This document shows, piece by piece, positions 11,593 to 25,139 of a stretch of 64,000 bases of DNA. Position numbers and translations under genes: made by a program. The notes under the pieces are model-generated. The model was not told the DNA's origin. It was given only the letters and a program-made list of their open reading frames with translations, and did no database searches. Source of the stretch: Moniliella sp. 'wahieum'. Taxonomy: Eukaryota. The number at the start of each line of letters is the position of its first letter. The first letter of the stretch is position 1. The stretch covers positions 124,001 through 188,000 of the forward strand of contig RSEE01000101.1 in assembly GCA_003971905.1 (NCBI GenBank). The letters are read 5' to 3'.

Positions 11593-13099
11593 CAATCCAC
11601 CAACCAACCAACAACCCCGAATGCAGAATGCAAAATGCAGAACGCGAGATGAGTGCGATCTCCCCGTGTATCTTCTATCAGGACTCAGCCACCACCAACT
11701 ACTCTCGTGAATCCATAGCATGCGGCCAACCAAACCGTGAGGCGCGAGCACGACTAGTGACTAGTGACTAGTGACTGGTAACTCGAGCCAGGGCCAGCCA
11801 ACCATGGATCATTCGGCACCGAAACGCCATTTGCACGCAGATTATACGGTGTGGCATGCAGCTGCTGAACGTCCTCGGCGACCATAAGCCGTGCGTCGAA
11901 AAGATGATCGATGACGGTGCGCATGCTCTCAATCTCCTCGGGTTCCACTAGCCACTGCTACTAGTACTACTACTTCCACTACCACTACCACTATCGAATC
12001 GAAACGCTACACACTACTACACTCCACACTGCCTACTACCATAGAACCATACACCCCCACAGATACAGCCGCAGTGGACGATTGCGGCGCATCGCTCGCG
12101 CGCCTCCCGTCGCGCATGGAATGCGGGATGCTATGCGGGTTTTGATGTCGACTCAGAAGCGGGCTGGTCATGCCACAGCACTACATCGAGCACACCACAC
12201 CAAACCCAACCAATAATCTAAACCAATAAGCCAAACAAACCAAAGAGTTGGGGATATCCAAATCGAGTGTCCAAACGGAACCACCGTTCAACGGTTACAC
12301 CAACAGGATGAGAGAGGAAGGAGAGAAGAGAGAGAGAGAGAGAGGAGGGTAGGAGAAGGGACAGTGGGGTGCGCAAGTGTGGGGGAGGCTGGGGGGGGGG
12401 GGGCAGTAGTACAACAGGACGAGAGACGATGAGAGACAAAAAACGCGAGACGTAAGACGCGAGACGCGAGACAAGGGAGGAGGGAGGAGGAGGGGAAGGG
12501 TTTAATTGGGCCAACGGATCGAATGGGATCGGATCAAATGATCCGGCTCGGGTCGAAAAAGCGGACGGCGGCGTAACGGCCCACGGACGGCGGACGCGGA
12601 CCGCAACGAACAAAAGGGAAACAGAAAAAAGAAAAAGGAAAAAGGAAAAAGGAAAAACGAAAGGGGGGAGGGATCCGAACCAAACCAAACCAAAACAAAC
12701 AAGCGAGGAGAGAAGACCCCCACTCCCCAAACCAAACACGCAACACGCAACACACAACACCAAACAAGCAACACCGAACACGCAACACGTAACACGCAAC
12801 ACGAACCAACCCCCACAAAAACCCAACCCCCAACACTCAACACCCCAACGACCAACCAACCGAGCCAGCGCAACCCCGCACACCGTTCCTGATCCCTGCT
12901 GCATGCCGGTACTTAGACCCACGTAGGACCATAGGAAGGGTAGGACGACGACAGAGCAGCCGAGTGCGAGGGGGGGGCAAGGAAGGTCGACCGTCTCGCC
13001 GAGCCGGGGCAGAGGCGTACGCATGCGCGTGCGGAGGCAAGAGTACAGAATGGTGCCACGGATCAGTACTGCTGTTACTGTTGCCGTGACTGTTACCGT

Positions 13100-14772
13100 G
13101 ACCATTACTGTGGCTGGTGGTATTGGTATGACCGTGGCTGTTGCTCCGACGCAGGTGGGGGGGGGGGGGGGAAACTGTTCCCCCCCGGGGCGCGGGTCAC
13201 GTCTCGCGCAGACATGTGCATGGGAGCGGGCTCGGGGTGGGCAGAGGCGCGGTCAGGTCCACCGCGACCAATGGGAAGTAGGCCGGTAAGTGGACCAGTG
13301 TGGCACGCACGCAGTGCGGGGTTGGACGACGGATGGGGTAGAGCAGCGCCCACGCCCACGCCAGTGGGGGGGTGGGGGAAGTAGTACGCTCGCCCCGGCG
13401 GTGCAGAGGCGTGGGTGGTAGGTAAGTTACTCGGCGAGGAGGCAGTTGCAGGTCCAGGTCCAGCCCCAGGTCGAGGTGCAGGTGCAGGTCCAGGTCCTGC
13501 TGGTGCGCGCCAAGGCTGTGTCGCGACGGGGGGTGGGCACGCCGGTGGAGATGGGGGAAGAGTAGGTGGACACATGCGAGGGAGGTCGTTGAGGTTCTCG
13601 CGACGCAGGCAGGGGGAAAGTAGGCTGGGAAGCGGGGAAGTACTCGTGTCCCAGAGTGGTGGAGAAAAAGGTCGGGGGCAAATCGCTGCTGGTGACGGTC
13701 AAGCGGGAGAACCAAGGGTACTGAGTACTCATCAGACGGTTGCGTACTTGTGGGTTACGAATCTTGGCCCAGGTCGTTTCGTTGCTATGTCCCGCAGCCA
13801 CATTGACGCGTAAACACGAATGCACCGGGTCCCAGATAAACAGCTTATCTTTCGTGTAGAGCAGCTGTTGGATCTGGGCCGCATAGCCTTTGAGTTTCTT
13901 GAGCCTATGGCGTGCGGAATCGCTCGCCTCCCGCTCGTCGCTCGGGGCCAAAGAAGAACCAAAAATCGTTCGCACAATCTTGCGCCACACACTGCTCGTG
14001 TGGCGCGACATTTCGTGCGGGTTGTTGCACTGGCTCTGCATGTACGACTCGACCAAGGTCACGTCCGTCTCGGCGGTCCAGCAGGTGCGTCGGTTGGTGG
14101 GCACGGGCGGGATGGAACGGGCAGAGCGGCTGGACTTTTGCTAGGCACCATGTCCGACGGATGAGGGGTGGTGCTGGTAGCAGAAGCGACGACATGTGAG
14201 TGTGGGTGTGAGTGTGGGTGTGGGCAGGAGCTGGTACAGGAGCGGAAGTTGGGGCAAGTGCAGAGGCAGAGGCAGGAGCAGGGGCAGAGGTGCTGGTAGG
14301 GGCCGAGGCGTCCTGGGGTCGGGAAGCGCAGCGACGCTTCTTTCCTGGTGACCGTCCATGACATCTTCCTTTCGTCGGCCGGGGTAGGGATTTCGTCGGC
14401 AAAAGGAGGAAGCGACGGAGGAGCTGGACGAGTGGGTGGATGCATGGCGTTTGCGGGTTAGGGGGGCAGGGGGGGCAGGCAACGGGGGGGGTGGTGAGAG
14501 AAGAGGGGGCGGGGGGGCGGAGGGAGGGCGAGCTGGTGGGCGGAGCGCTGGCGCAGGAGAGCGGGCGGGGGCGGGAGGGTGCGGGCGGAGAAGAGGGAGA
14601 GGGTGGGCGAGGGGCGCGGGGGGAGGGTGGGCAAGGGGCGGGCGGAGGGGTGGCTGAGGGGGGGCATGGCGTGCAAGGAGGGCAGCGGCGGGAGGGTTAT
14701 GGAGGTGGTGGTGGGAGCAATGGGAGCAATGGGAGCAACGGGAGCAACGGGAGCAAGGGCGGGGCTGGGCAT
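13100..14772 (-). CDS. Proline-rich protein with a Myb/SANT-like DNA-binding domain of the Harbinger ORF1 type; both ends uncertain, possible last exon near 11754-11948
   Basis: ORF 13427-14104 has the spaced pattern WT..TD..LV / W..I / LKKLK..Y / FIWD / W / YPWF.RL typical of Myb_DNA-bind_3. Candidate ATG at 14772 with a TATA-like sequence about 30 bp upstream. Confidence 0.55.
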
Positions 14773-17700
14773 GGTGGAAGGGACGCAAGGGGGGCTGTGA
14801 ATATACACCCTGGGCTGCGCTCCCAGCGAGGTGGAGCGGGGCAGCAGCGAGAGGCAGCGACCAGCAGCGACCAGCAGCGACTTGCTCCGCCAAGCGCAGC
14901 CCAGCCCAGCCCGCTGCAGGGGCACCAGCGCGCAGTGCATGCCGGCCGCGGCAGCCGGGGTGCAGGCGCCAAGCCCGCACGCACCACTGGCGCCGTGCCG
15001 CGTGCTGTGCTGGGCCAGGCCATCCGCGTCGCCCGGCAGCCGCCCAGCCGCTCGCAGCAGCAGCGCCGCACCCGCCCACTGTCGCGCCCGTGGGCCGGGT
15101 GCATGCAGCATGGGGATGCATGACGCGTGACGCGTGACGCGTGCACTGCGTGGCCGCTGATGCATGATGCCGCCACGAGCGAGTGCGAGCGGGGCCGGAC
15201 TGGGCCCGTTGCCAAGCCCTGCCGCGGGGGCGCCTCGCACGGCGCGTGTCGGTGCGGCGGGCGGGCACGCGCACGGCGGCACTGTGCGGCTGGTCCGAGG
15301 CGCTGGGGCGTGCCTGGCCCGAGCAGGTGCGCACACGGGCGCGTGGGGCGTGTCGCAGGCGGTGCTGGATGGCCTGGCCAGAATGTGGCGGCGCAAGGGT
15401 GTGGTACGTAGCGGGTGGGGCAGCGGGAGGGTGCGGTGTGTGTGCTCTGCGCGCTTTTGCACCAGCCTGGCCCTCCCGCCCCCCCAGCACACCCAGCACA
15501 CCAGCACACACCACACACAACCTCATAACCATTCTCGACCAAGTGATTCCTCATCCACTATCACTGCTCCACAGCCGCTCAGTCGGGCGCTCCTGCGCCC
15601 ACCCGCGCCTCGCACCCTAGATAGCCCTATCCTCCATCCTACCCCACCCAAGCCCCCAGCCCCCAGCAGACGCAGTGGCCGCAGCCGCATGGCGTGCGAG
15701 AACGCGGTGCCCCGTGCCCGGTGTGCTGGGCGTGACGAGCGCCTGGGGAGCGCGCGCATGGTGTGTGCCAGGCGCACCGCAGAACAGCGCAGCCCGCAGG
15801 GGCCACACGCCTCGGCAAGTTCGGCCAGGCACCTGAAACCTGCGATTTGGGATCTGGATCTGGATCTGGGATCTGAGAGCAATTGCCCGTCGACTGCGCT
15901 TCTGCCTGCTTCGGCCTGTTTCCGCAGCTGCTGCTCCTGGCATTCTGCCCAGGCGCCAGCAAGTCCCCAGCATCCCAATTCAGTACTCAGTACTCAGTAC
16001 TCAGTCTGAGTACTCAGTATCAGTACCTCGGTATCCAATGGATTCAGGGACCAAACCGAATACAGGTGCGCTTGCTGAGATCCAACCTCCCATCCACGCA
16101 ACGCGCAACCCATACCGCCCGCTAATCGATCAATCAACCATTCCGAACCCCCGCCCAGTGCGCGCCGGTCCCATCCTGCCTCATTTTCCCTCTTGGCTTC
16201 TCTTCCGCGGACTCGCATGGGTCGAACGTTCGATTGAGCAAGGGGAATAGTATGTTGGCGTTGAAGATTACCATTTACATCGGAGGCAGTACGCATGGGA
16301 TGCGTTGTCCTTGGTGGCCAGGCCTGGGCCCTGGCAGGCCCTGGCCCACGTGTCGTCGTGGTTGGTCGGCGCGCAGCGTAAGCTATCTGATAATCGGTGC
16401 TCGAAGATCCATTCGCTCTCCCTCGTTCTGTCCTGGCAGGACCTAGTTTCAAGCAGTTGGGACCCTTGAGATCTTGAGATCTCTGACATCTGACTAGTGA
16501 CTAGTGACTTCTCTGGAACAGCGGCTCCCTCGTGTGTGATCCGAACATCGTGGAATGGATGGGGTGGACGTGGCCCAGCCGAGTTCCCCTGCCACGTGGC
16601 CCCCACCCGCCCCTTGCCGATACACTCAGTCTAAGTCCTCAGTCTGAGGCCTCAGTGTACTCAGTGTACTCAATACTCAACACGTACTACCCACACACCA
16701 GGGCGCCGCGGTGACAGACTGACACGAGTACTCACTGAGTACTCAGACTGAGTACTGGGTATTGGATACTGAAGCACTCAGCAGCGCCGCGATCCCCCAT
16801 CCGCGGTCCAACCTCGATGTCGATGACAGATGGCTTTCAGCTTGCCACTTTTGAAATAGCAGGCGTAGGGACCCCTTGACCCAGCTCAGCAGATTCCAGC
16901 CCACGTAGCCCACGCCTCGTCCTCGTTCTACAGAGCCTTCTACGCCCCTCCCCTCGCGCCCGTGCTTATATCCGAGTATCCCCACACGCACTGGGGAGGT
17001 GGGCATGCCATGCACCGTGCCGCTGGGATGCCCTTGCGCCAAAAACAGCTTTCTCATCAGTGCATCAGTGCATCAGCGGCCGCACACTGACGCCTGAGCC
17101 TCAGGCCTCACTATAGTCACTAGTGACAGTCAGTGCTCGCTCCCCTCTCACTAGCTCACTTCTCACTTCTCCATGCGTGTTAAACGTTACCGCGTTACCA
17201 AGTAACACAGCTCGCTTCTCTTGGCTCTCGATCTCCGTCAAAAAACGGCGCGCGACTCCCCTGCCCAATCCCTCCACGTTCGACCAATGCACACATCCAC
17301 CCACTCAGCCACAACAGCCATCTCCGGCCTTAGGCCTCAGAGTCTCAGATCTCACTGCCGCCCCACTCCGACTCTTGCTTCTGTAGTCATGGCTTGCTCC
17401 AGAGGGATCGTCTGACCTCTTCCATGTTACAGCGCACTCGTATAGGCTCAGCGCTCGCTCACTAGGCGCTCACTCGTCACTGCGCTCATAGCTAGCTGCC
17501 CCAGCCCCCTCCCAACCCTCGCTAGGGTGATAAATGTGTGGCCTCGCTCCCATGGTCTTCTGCCTGAGCAGCTCTGAGCTAGCTGTGGGCCATGGGCGCT
17601 GAGCCAAGCATGAGCGCTGAGGCGCTGAGGTGCTGAGCCTCTCGCAGCGGGGGACGAATATTGACGCGTTGACGCTTGAAGTGCGCTTTGGTGGGAAAAT

Positions 17701-19123
17701 GGGCCCTTTGAGTTTTGGTAGTGGACTAGTGAGTACTGAGTCAGTAGTGTCGCGCACCACTCACACCCTCACAGTCGCAGGTGAAGGGGTGGAAACAAGT
17801 GGAAACTTGGATACTTGCTCGTGCATGGTGCATGGTGCATGGTGCATGGTGCATGGTACATGCGTACCTGGTCGTGTCACTTGGTCGCGCCCAAGGGGGG
17901 AAAACCGTGACGGTTCAACAACGTTCACACGTTCATATGTTCTCGAGAGAAGATGAAAGAGAGGTCGGAGATAAGCGATGAGCGATGAGCGATGAGCTGT
18001 TCTGGAGTCTGTTGTTGGCCAGCCCTATCAAAAACGATTGGCTTGATGGTACGATTCTACTGGAGGGGAAGTCTGCTGCATTGCAGTGAGGCGGTGCGGT
18101 CCGCGAGCCCATTGTCCAGATCCTGCGCTCCTTTCCCGACGCCCACGTCCCAAGAACGAGCCGACTGGGAGGAGGGGGTGTTTATGTGGGACGAGGGGTG
18201 GGAGGAAAGCGATGGATAGTACTGACTACCGAGTGATGGGACCTCTGCAGCATTCGGAAGCTCAGGAATATGGAATGGAGCTTGGAAGTGGACCACTGCA
18301 CAGGTTGCGGAACCCCGGGAGGCAGGAAACCATGTCTTCGTACTATTAGAGGGGGGTAAACGAGAGAGGAGGACCGTAACGCATTTTTTGGAAAGCCGGG
18401 AAGAGAACTAAAAGCCGTGTTCGTTCGGCTGTTGCCAACAAGCAGAATGCGACAAAACAAGAACACCAAATACCAGGGACGCATCCAAAAGAACCCTTCC
18501 TCCCTTTTGTTTGGTTTCGACGACGCGAGGATGCTAAGCCACTAAGGCAGCGAGCAAGAGGCTGGCTCTAGGCATGTGTGGCTTGTGGGTATGGGGGGGG
18601 GGTGTTCGGTGTGGGGGGGCTGAGACGCTGAGATCTGAGAAGCCTTGAGGCTGAAGCTAGAGCTAATTTTGAAGAGCTGAAGCCGAGCGAGAGCCGGCTG
18701 AATCAGCCTGCGCCTCTGATCGAGATGGAGGTGGCGCTGTCTCCATTCAGCAACTCAGTACTCAGGGTACTCAGGCTGCGTGTGGGCCCGCTTGTTGCGG
18801 TCCAACCGACGCCAACGCGACCACGGAGCTCTCGCGTTGGCCTGCTCTCGCCCTGCCTTCGCCTGCTGTTGGCCCGCCTTGGGCTGCTTTGGCCCGCTGT
18901 CGAACCAACGCAGCAACTGGCGTGACGCAACCGAGACCCCCAGCAGGCCCAACACTGCCCGTGTGCCCCACTCCGGAGCAACCAGGTGGCGGTGCGGTGA
19001 TAATATTCTGACGGCTGTCGGTGCGCGTGCCCCCATGCGCCTGCGCCAGCCACGCCCAACCCGGTGGAACGCGAGTTGGGCCTTGGGGCGCCAACCCCAC
19101 CATCTCGCTCGCCGCGCATCGCC

Positions 19124-21232
19124 ATGGCCTCCTCTGGCATCGACGACATGCATAGCGTCACACCTGCCGACGCCAGTGCCAGCGCCAGCAGCGACCGCAC
19201 CAGTCCTCCCCCTCCGCTCGACGAGCTGCCCACCCAGGGACCTGCCACTCACCTTGCTCCGCCAGCTCTACCTTGGCTCCGACCGCGCCTCGCATACCGT
19301 GTCGGTTGAGCGCGCTGGCAGTCCCTACGACCGGTACGATTCGCACGCACTTCCTTCTTCCCCTACCCACGGCCCAAAGCAAGCCCCAGCCTGGCCCAGA
19401 CCCGGCCCAGGGCCAGAGTCGACGTTCCGGTCCCGCCTCGTCCGAGCCAGATGCGCTGTCCCCCAATCAGTCCCTGCGCTCGCCCGAGAGCGATTCGGTA
19501 GGTGTTGCGAATGGTATGGGGCATTCGGCTTCGCTACGCTCTGGTGGGTCTCATGGGCTGCAGCGTCGTCGTAGCGCCCGCGCGCTCCAGTTTTCTGCCA
19601 CCGGTCGCTCGGTCCTTTCTTCCACTGCGCAAACACCGCCCACACTGGGGCGCACCTGCCGCTACCCCACGCTCGTCGCACCAGCGCGTCCGATCCACCG
19701 AATCGGATCAAGCTGTCCCTGTCGACACGCCCGATCGACTTCGTCTTGTCACCTACTCGCCTGCCCAGCGCGCGCCTTATCTTCCCACCCGCGCGCTCAA
19801 CTTTATCGACAAGAAACGTATCCTAGTCATGGAGGGTAAGTGGGACCGAATCTTCTTTCTACCGTTCTGGATGGGTTGGGTTGGGTTAGATTGGGTGGGC
19901 CACTTTGACTGACGCGTGCATGGGATGGGGTTGTTTGGTGTGACCAGAGCGGGTTGTGGGGAGTCATTTGGTGGACCGTCTGATGCTCATGGGCCACGAG
20001 GTGCTCGTCGTGGACAATTTCTTTACGGGCAACAAGACCAACATTCGTCAGGGTTGGACATCCGAACTTTGAGTTGGTTCGGCACGATGTGGTCAACTCG
20101 CTGTGGTTGAGGTGGACCAAATTTACCATTTGGCCTGTCCAGCCAGTCCCAAGCGTACCAGGTCAATCCGATCAAGACAATCAAAACTAACTTCCAAGGC
20201 ACGCTCAATATGCTGGGGTTGGCCAAACGCACCAAATCGCGTTTCCTCCTCGCCTCCACTCTGAGGTATATGGCGACCCCAGCGTCCCCCAACCCGAATC
20301 GTACATGGCAACGTCAACCAAACCGGACCGAGAGGGTGCTACGACGAGGGAAAGCGGAGTACGTTTTGGTTGGAATGTTGGAATGACCAGCACTCCTTTT
20401 GGCCTCTCCGTTGTTGTTGTTGACTGTGACTGTTCCCGGAGCCTGACGCCCTTCCTCTTCATTTTCTTTTTGCTTTTGTTTCTTGTGTTGTGTTTAGTCG
20501 CAGAGACGTTGACGTATGGGTACTTTTACCAAGATGGGGTGGACGTGCGTGTGGCGCGGATATTCAATACGTATGGCCCGAGGATGCACCCGTACGATGG
20601 ACGTGTGGTATCCAACTTTATTCTGCAAGGTCTCAAGGGGGAACCGTTGACGGTCTATGGCGATGGTCAGCAGACGCGCTCGTTTATGTTCATCCACGAT
20701 TTGGTCGATGGCTTGATTGCACTGATGGAGGCCGAACCTGAACCCGATTCCGACCTGCCCAATGTGGCGGAATACGATCCGACCAGGACGACGAGCCTGA
20801 ACTCGGCGCACGGGCCGGTCAACCTCGGTAACATGGGCGAGTTTACTATCAAGGAATTGGTTCAAGCTGTGGCGGAAGCGATCCACCAAGTTCGTCTTCA
20901 GCAAAGCAACCCACCCCTTACCCCCAAACACCTTATCGCCCAACAACAACAACAGCAACAACAGCAGCCGGATCCTTCCACCTTGGACCCCTCCTCCTCA
21001 CCCGTCTCGTCCCCGCCGCAAGAAGAAGATTCCAGTACAGGTCCTACGCGCGAGTACATCTGTGGGCTGGAGATTGGTATTGTCCTATGCCCACTGACGA
21101 CCCGCAAAAGCGCCGGCCGGACACGACGCGCGCCCAATCTCTTCTGCACTGGCACCTCGCTGGTCCTTGAAACAAGGTCTGGTGGAGATGGTGCACTACT
21201 ACCAACAAAAAATTGATGCGGGCGAACTTTGA
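19124..21232 (+). CDS. UXS1: UDP-glucuronate decarboxylase (UDP-xylose synthase); introns 19836-19947 and 20359-20497; start uncertain; frameshifted
   Basis: KKRILV, SHLVDRLMLMGHEV, VDNFFTG, HLACPASP, LLAST, RVARIFNTYGPRM, DGRVVSNFILQ, GDGQQTRSF, GPVNLGN and DDPQKRRPD pieces recovered across frames. Confidence 0.93.
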
Positions 21233-21712
21233 TCGGGTGGGGTAAGATGGAATGGGATGGCATGGGATCGCAGCGGCGTGCGACTCGGCTTTCAAGCTCC
21301 ATCTCGATCATCGACCATCTATCTCATCCACCTCCCTTTCCCTTTCCCTTTCCCTTTCCCTTCCCTCGCGCCCCATGCCGATTCTATTTTACCTTCCTGG
21401 TGCGTGTCGGAGCTTCTCCCCCGTCCTGCTACCTTACTAGTGGTTCGCCCATTCGTCCCTTACTACATTGGACCCCCTCCCCCCGCGCATCCCCACGCTC
21501 TCTCGCTTTCCCAGTCCCTCAGTTCTTTCTTATCCTAGCTGCCATTAGAGGTGCAGTGTACCCCCACGTAGTGTAGGAGTTTCCAAGTAGCAGGCGGAGT
21601 ATAAGATCGATGCAATGAATGGCGTATGCCACTCGCACTGCGCCGCCGCCTTAGCCTTGGCCCGATGACCTCTACGACCTAGAGCAGGTCTCGTCCGCCA
21701 GTCCAAACAGAC

Positions 21713-21795
21713 AGAGAGACCGCAAGCGCTCAGCGGGTAGAGAGAGGCCGCAAGCGCTCAGCGGGCAGAGAGGCCGCGAGCGCCCAGCAGGCAGA
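21713..21795. repeat. Three degenerate 26-29 bp tandem repeats (GAGAGGCCGCAAGCGCTCAGCGGGCA)
   Basis: Read directly from the sequence, downstream of TFB5. Confidence 0.85.
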
Positions 21796-21902
21796 AGAGG
21801 GGGTGAGAGGGCATGCAGTGCTCGGACTCGGACGTTAGACCGGACGCGCGAAAACTTGCACCAAGCTGTCCAAGCTCCTCATGCGTAGCGCTCAGGGCTA
21901 GC

Positions 21903-22259
21903 TCAGGGCTCAAGAGAAAACGCATTCTTCTCCAGGATCTCCTCGATCCGAATCCGCAGGAGATCCACCATGGAGGAACTGACCACCACGTGGGTCTCGT
22001 CCAAATCCTTGATAAGAAACTTGAGTTCCTTATCCAACGACAGGATCAACTGCTTCACCGCCGGGTCGCACGTCAACAGCGTACCTGTCCATCCCCATCC
22101 CATCCCCGTCACCGTACCACCCCGCAACCGCACCACACCAGACCACACCACAGCGAAACATACCCGCGTCATCGGTCAGTATCAGGCCACCACCTTCCCC
22201 TTGTCGCCTCGGCGACGCTCAACGACGGCAACGCCCAACGTACCGGGAATGCTCTTCAT
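21903..22259 (-). CDS. TFB5: TFIIH subunit Tfb5/TTDA; exons 22244-22259 and 21903-22084
   Basis: Spliced product MKSIPGTLLTCDPAVKQLILSLDKELKFLIKDLDETHVVV...LEKNAFSLEP*; intron 22085-22243 is GTACGT...CAG. Confidence 0.93.
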
Positions 22260-23159
22260 GGTCCCCTCCCTACCATCGCCCCCGCTGCTGAGGTTGCGAC
22301 CAGCAGATCAACCAACCCACCGCAGGCTGAGGTAAGCGCCAGGATTGCAACTTTCAGGCGACCAACGTCACCGGTCCGACCTCATGCATCATGCATCATG
22401 AGCGAGGCCTCACGCGCTCAGGTGCTCAGGGGCGCCCAAGCGTCACGCGTCACGCGTCAAGCTTCAAGCTCAAGCACAATATAGTTGGTGTATAAGTGAC
22501 CGAGCGACACACCGGAAACCAGGAATGGAGGAACCCTCGCTTTTTCTCGCTTCCTCCTCGCTTCCCCGCCGGCCAAGTCCTGATCCCAACACCTCAGTAG
22601 CACCAGCACCCATCTCCAGACCAACACCCATGATGCATCCGTCCTATCATCCGCTAATCTGACACACCCGTGTTGGCACGGTCAAGTGTTGAGAGCCCAT
22701 TTATCGTGATCCGTCGGATCATCGATAGGATCGTTCGCATCTGAATTTCCCTTTCCTTTTCCTCGAGAGGGCGCGCAGAGACGGAGGACGAAGAGACGGA
22801 GATCCGGACCGAGCGATTGAGAGCAGACCGCGAACTCATCAGATGGAAAACCACTGTTGGCACATCCGCCGCGTGTAGATTATGCTATCCAGTCTGTCTC
22901 TGAGGGAAGCACCGGAGGGCAGAGGCCGGGGCAGGCATCAGAGGGCAGGCTTGCTCGGCTATCCAATGACTAACTAAGCGTGAGCACAAGGGACCATGTG
23001 TCTCTCTTCAGGAGGGAAGCACCAGAGGGCAGACCAGCTCCGCAGTACATTGACTAGCAGCTCGGCTCAATGCAAGTGGCTCTCTCAGTACGAAGCACAC
23101 CAGAGAGCAGACCTGCTGGGCAGTACATGAAGAGACTCTCTTAGTGGGAAGATGATCAC

Positions 23160-24123
23160 CGCGCGCACAGACCCCGAACCTCCCCCACTGCCCGCCGAGA
23201 GACGCGACTACCAAGCTAAAGTAGGATCTGGGCTATGGGTGCCCGCATGTGCCGCCCTGATCCGCTGTTCGGCATCTCAGCTCTAAGCCGAACAACTGCC
23301 GATCCCTCCAAGGCCCACCGCGCTGCGGCTACAAACTTCCTCCGCTACCTCTACGGTGCCAAGGGCTACGGTCTCCCACTAACACCCGAGCCTGACGACC
23401 CCGCTCTCGCGCTATACACGGATGCCGACCTGGCCGGAGACCCTGACCAATGGCGTTCCACGTCGGGATGCCTGCTCTTCGTCTACGGGGTTCCAGTGTC
23501 CTGGAGGAGCGTGCGTCAACCCAAGAGCGTCACCAACACTGCGGCCGAATATACGGCGGGATATGAGGGCCTCATCGATGCGAACTACGTCAAAAACATC
23601 TCAGTGGAGCTCGGTGCCATCACCTCAGACGAGCCCATACACTGGTACTGCGACAACATGGCGGCACTTTCCTTGGCCGAAAAAGTGGCAGCACGGGCAA
23701 ACCACGCGAGCTGAACATCCGGTACCACAACGTACGCCAGCATGTCGACTCGGGCGAAGTCCACATTGCGCACATTGCTGTGGAAACAAGAACCCGGCCG
23801 ACATCCTCACCAAACCAGCCACTAAGGTCTCACTCCTGGCCAACTTGCCTCGCCTCAAGCTTGAGGACGTTACAACCTTCCACCGTAAGACCTCTGGCCA
23901 GCGGGGGTGTTGACCACCAGTGGTCTAGAACCCATCGGCCTTCAGTAGTGACACGTGGCCCGATGCACACAGTGCGCCGGGGCAGTGAGTTCCGGACCTT
24001 CCACGAGCTTCCATTGGCCTCCAGGCCAGGAGCCTATTAAGGCCCATAGTTCTAGCTCTCCTTAGCTCTTGAATGCCATCTCCATCCCTCTCATCGCCAG
24101 CATCGCTAGCTAGGCCTGTGACA
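23160..24123 (+). mobile_element. Decayed Ty1/copia LTR retrotransposon 3' portion: RT C-terminus, RNase H, polypurine tract and 3' LTR
   Basis: YQAKVGS..W..RMCRPD, YTDADLAGD...RSTSG, VSWRS..Q, AEY, YCDNMAA and NPADILTKP motifs; GCGGGGG tract directly before TGTTGA at 23908. Confidence 0.93.
23908..24123 (+). repeat. Copia LTR, 216 bp (TGT...ACA)
   Basis: Follows the PPT, has TGT/ACA termini, and its 3' boundary is confirmed by the second copy ending at the same base. Confidence 0.9.
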
Positions 24124-25139
24124 GATTGAGCGCACTAGATGGCAGTCGGTCGCGGCAACAGTCACACTCAGTATTCGGGCGCACCAGGCGAGGGTGCTCT
24201 GTCTCTGCTCCTGACTAGTTTCCCCAAGAGCCGGTGACTACCATTAGACGCGGGTGTGCGCACCGGGCGGCAGTGACTAGCTGACTAGTGATCGATGGCC
24301 TGTCTCAGTTAGAGCGCTCCCGCCGGCAGTCCGCCTCATCGTTAGGACCAGAGGTTTGTCTCAGCCACCGCACCAGGCGGCAATTATATGTCTCAGGCGC
24401 GCACCAGGCTACAGCTGTCCGTCTGAGCGATCACATGCACAGGAGGATTCAGTTGGCCATGTCAACCAGCGCACCACCCTATACCACTTTCACCTTCTCC
24501 CATACGCGTACGAATTTACGCCTCACGTTTTGGCTACTTGTTAATTGCCTCCCACTGACTGCAGCTATTGGATCCACTGGTTGTCCCTTGCGTAGTGGTT
24601 GATCTGGTGGGCAGGACCAGTTTCCAGTTGTTCCAACTTGCCACTAACCATTCTAGCCCGTTCCCATTTTCCTCGCCGTTTACTGGATCGAAATCGGACA
24701 CAACCTAGCGCTCGCTCGAAAGACTGTTGCGGCTTGTGCCGCTTGCGGGGGGTACTTGCCACACACTTCCTAGAACTTGGCCCAAGAGCTGAACGTCGTG
24801 CTAACCATCAGAGACGGTGAAACATTCGACAGCACAGTTGCTCTGTCTCTCCCGATCCAGGCGTCCGCGGGCAATTTCTTGTGTTCTGACAGGGTTGCAT
24901 GTGGCCGAGAGATGGTATTCGTCGGTCTGGCGGGTCAAGGCACGTCAACGCTTGCTTGCTCTGTCTGCTGTGCTGCTTAGGCTGTCTTTGGGGCGAGGCG
25001 ACAAGCGGGGTTCATGTTTTGGTACAGGGCAATGTGCAAACAGAACCTGCATCCTGATGCTTGTCTTGCGCTTGCGTCAAACATCTGCATCCGTCATTGG
25101 TCTACTCGTGAAGAGGTACCACGTGGTAGTTGTTCTTTA

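Noticed and set aside
22486..22503. TGGTGTATAAGTGACCG as a retrotransposon primer-binding site
   Set aside because: No LTR end directly upstream and no tRNA 3' end I can match.
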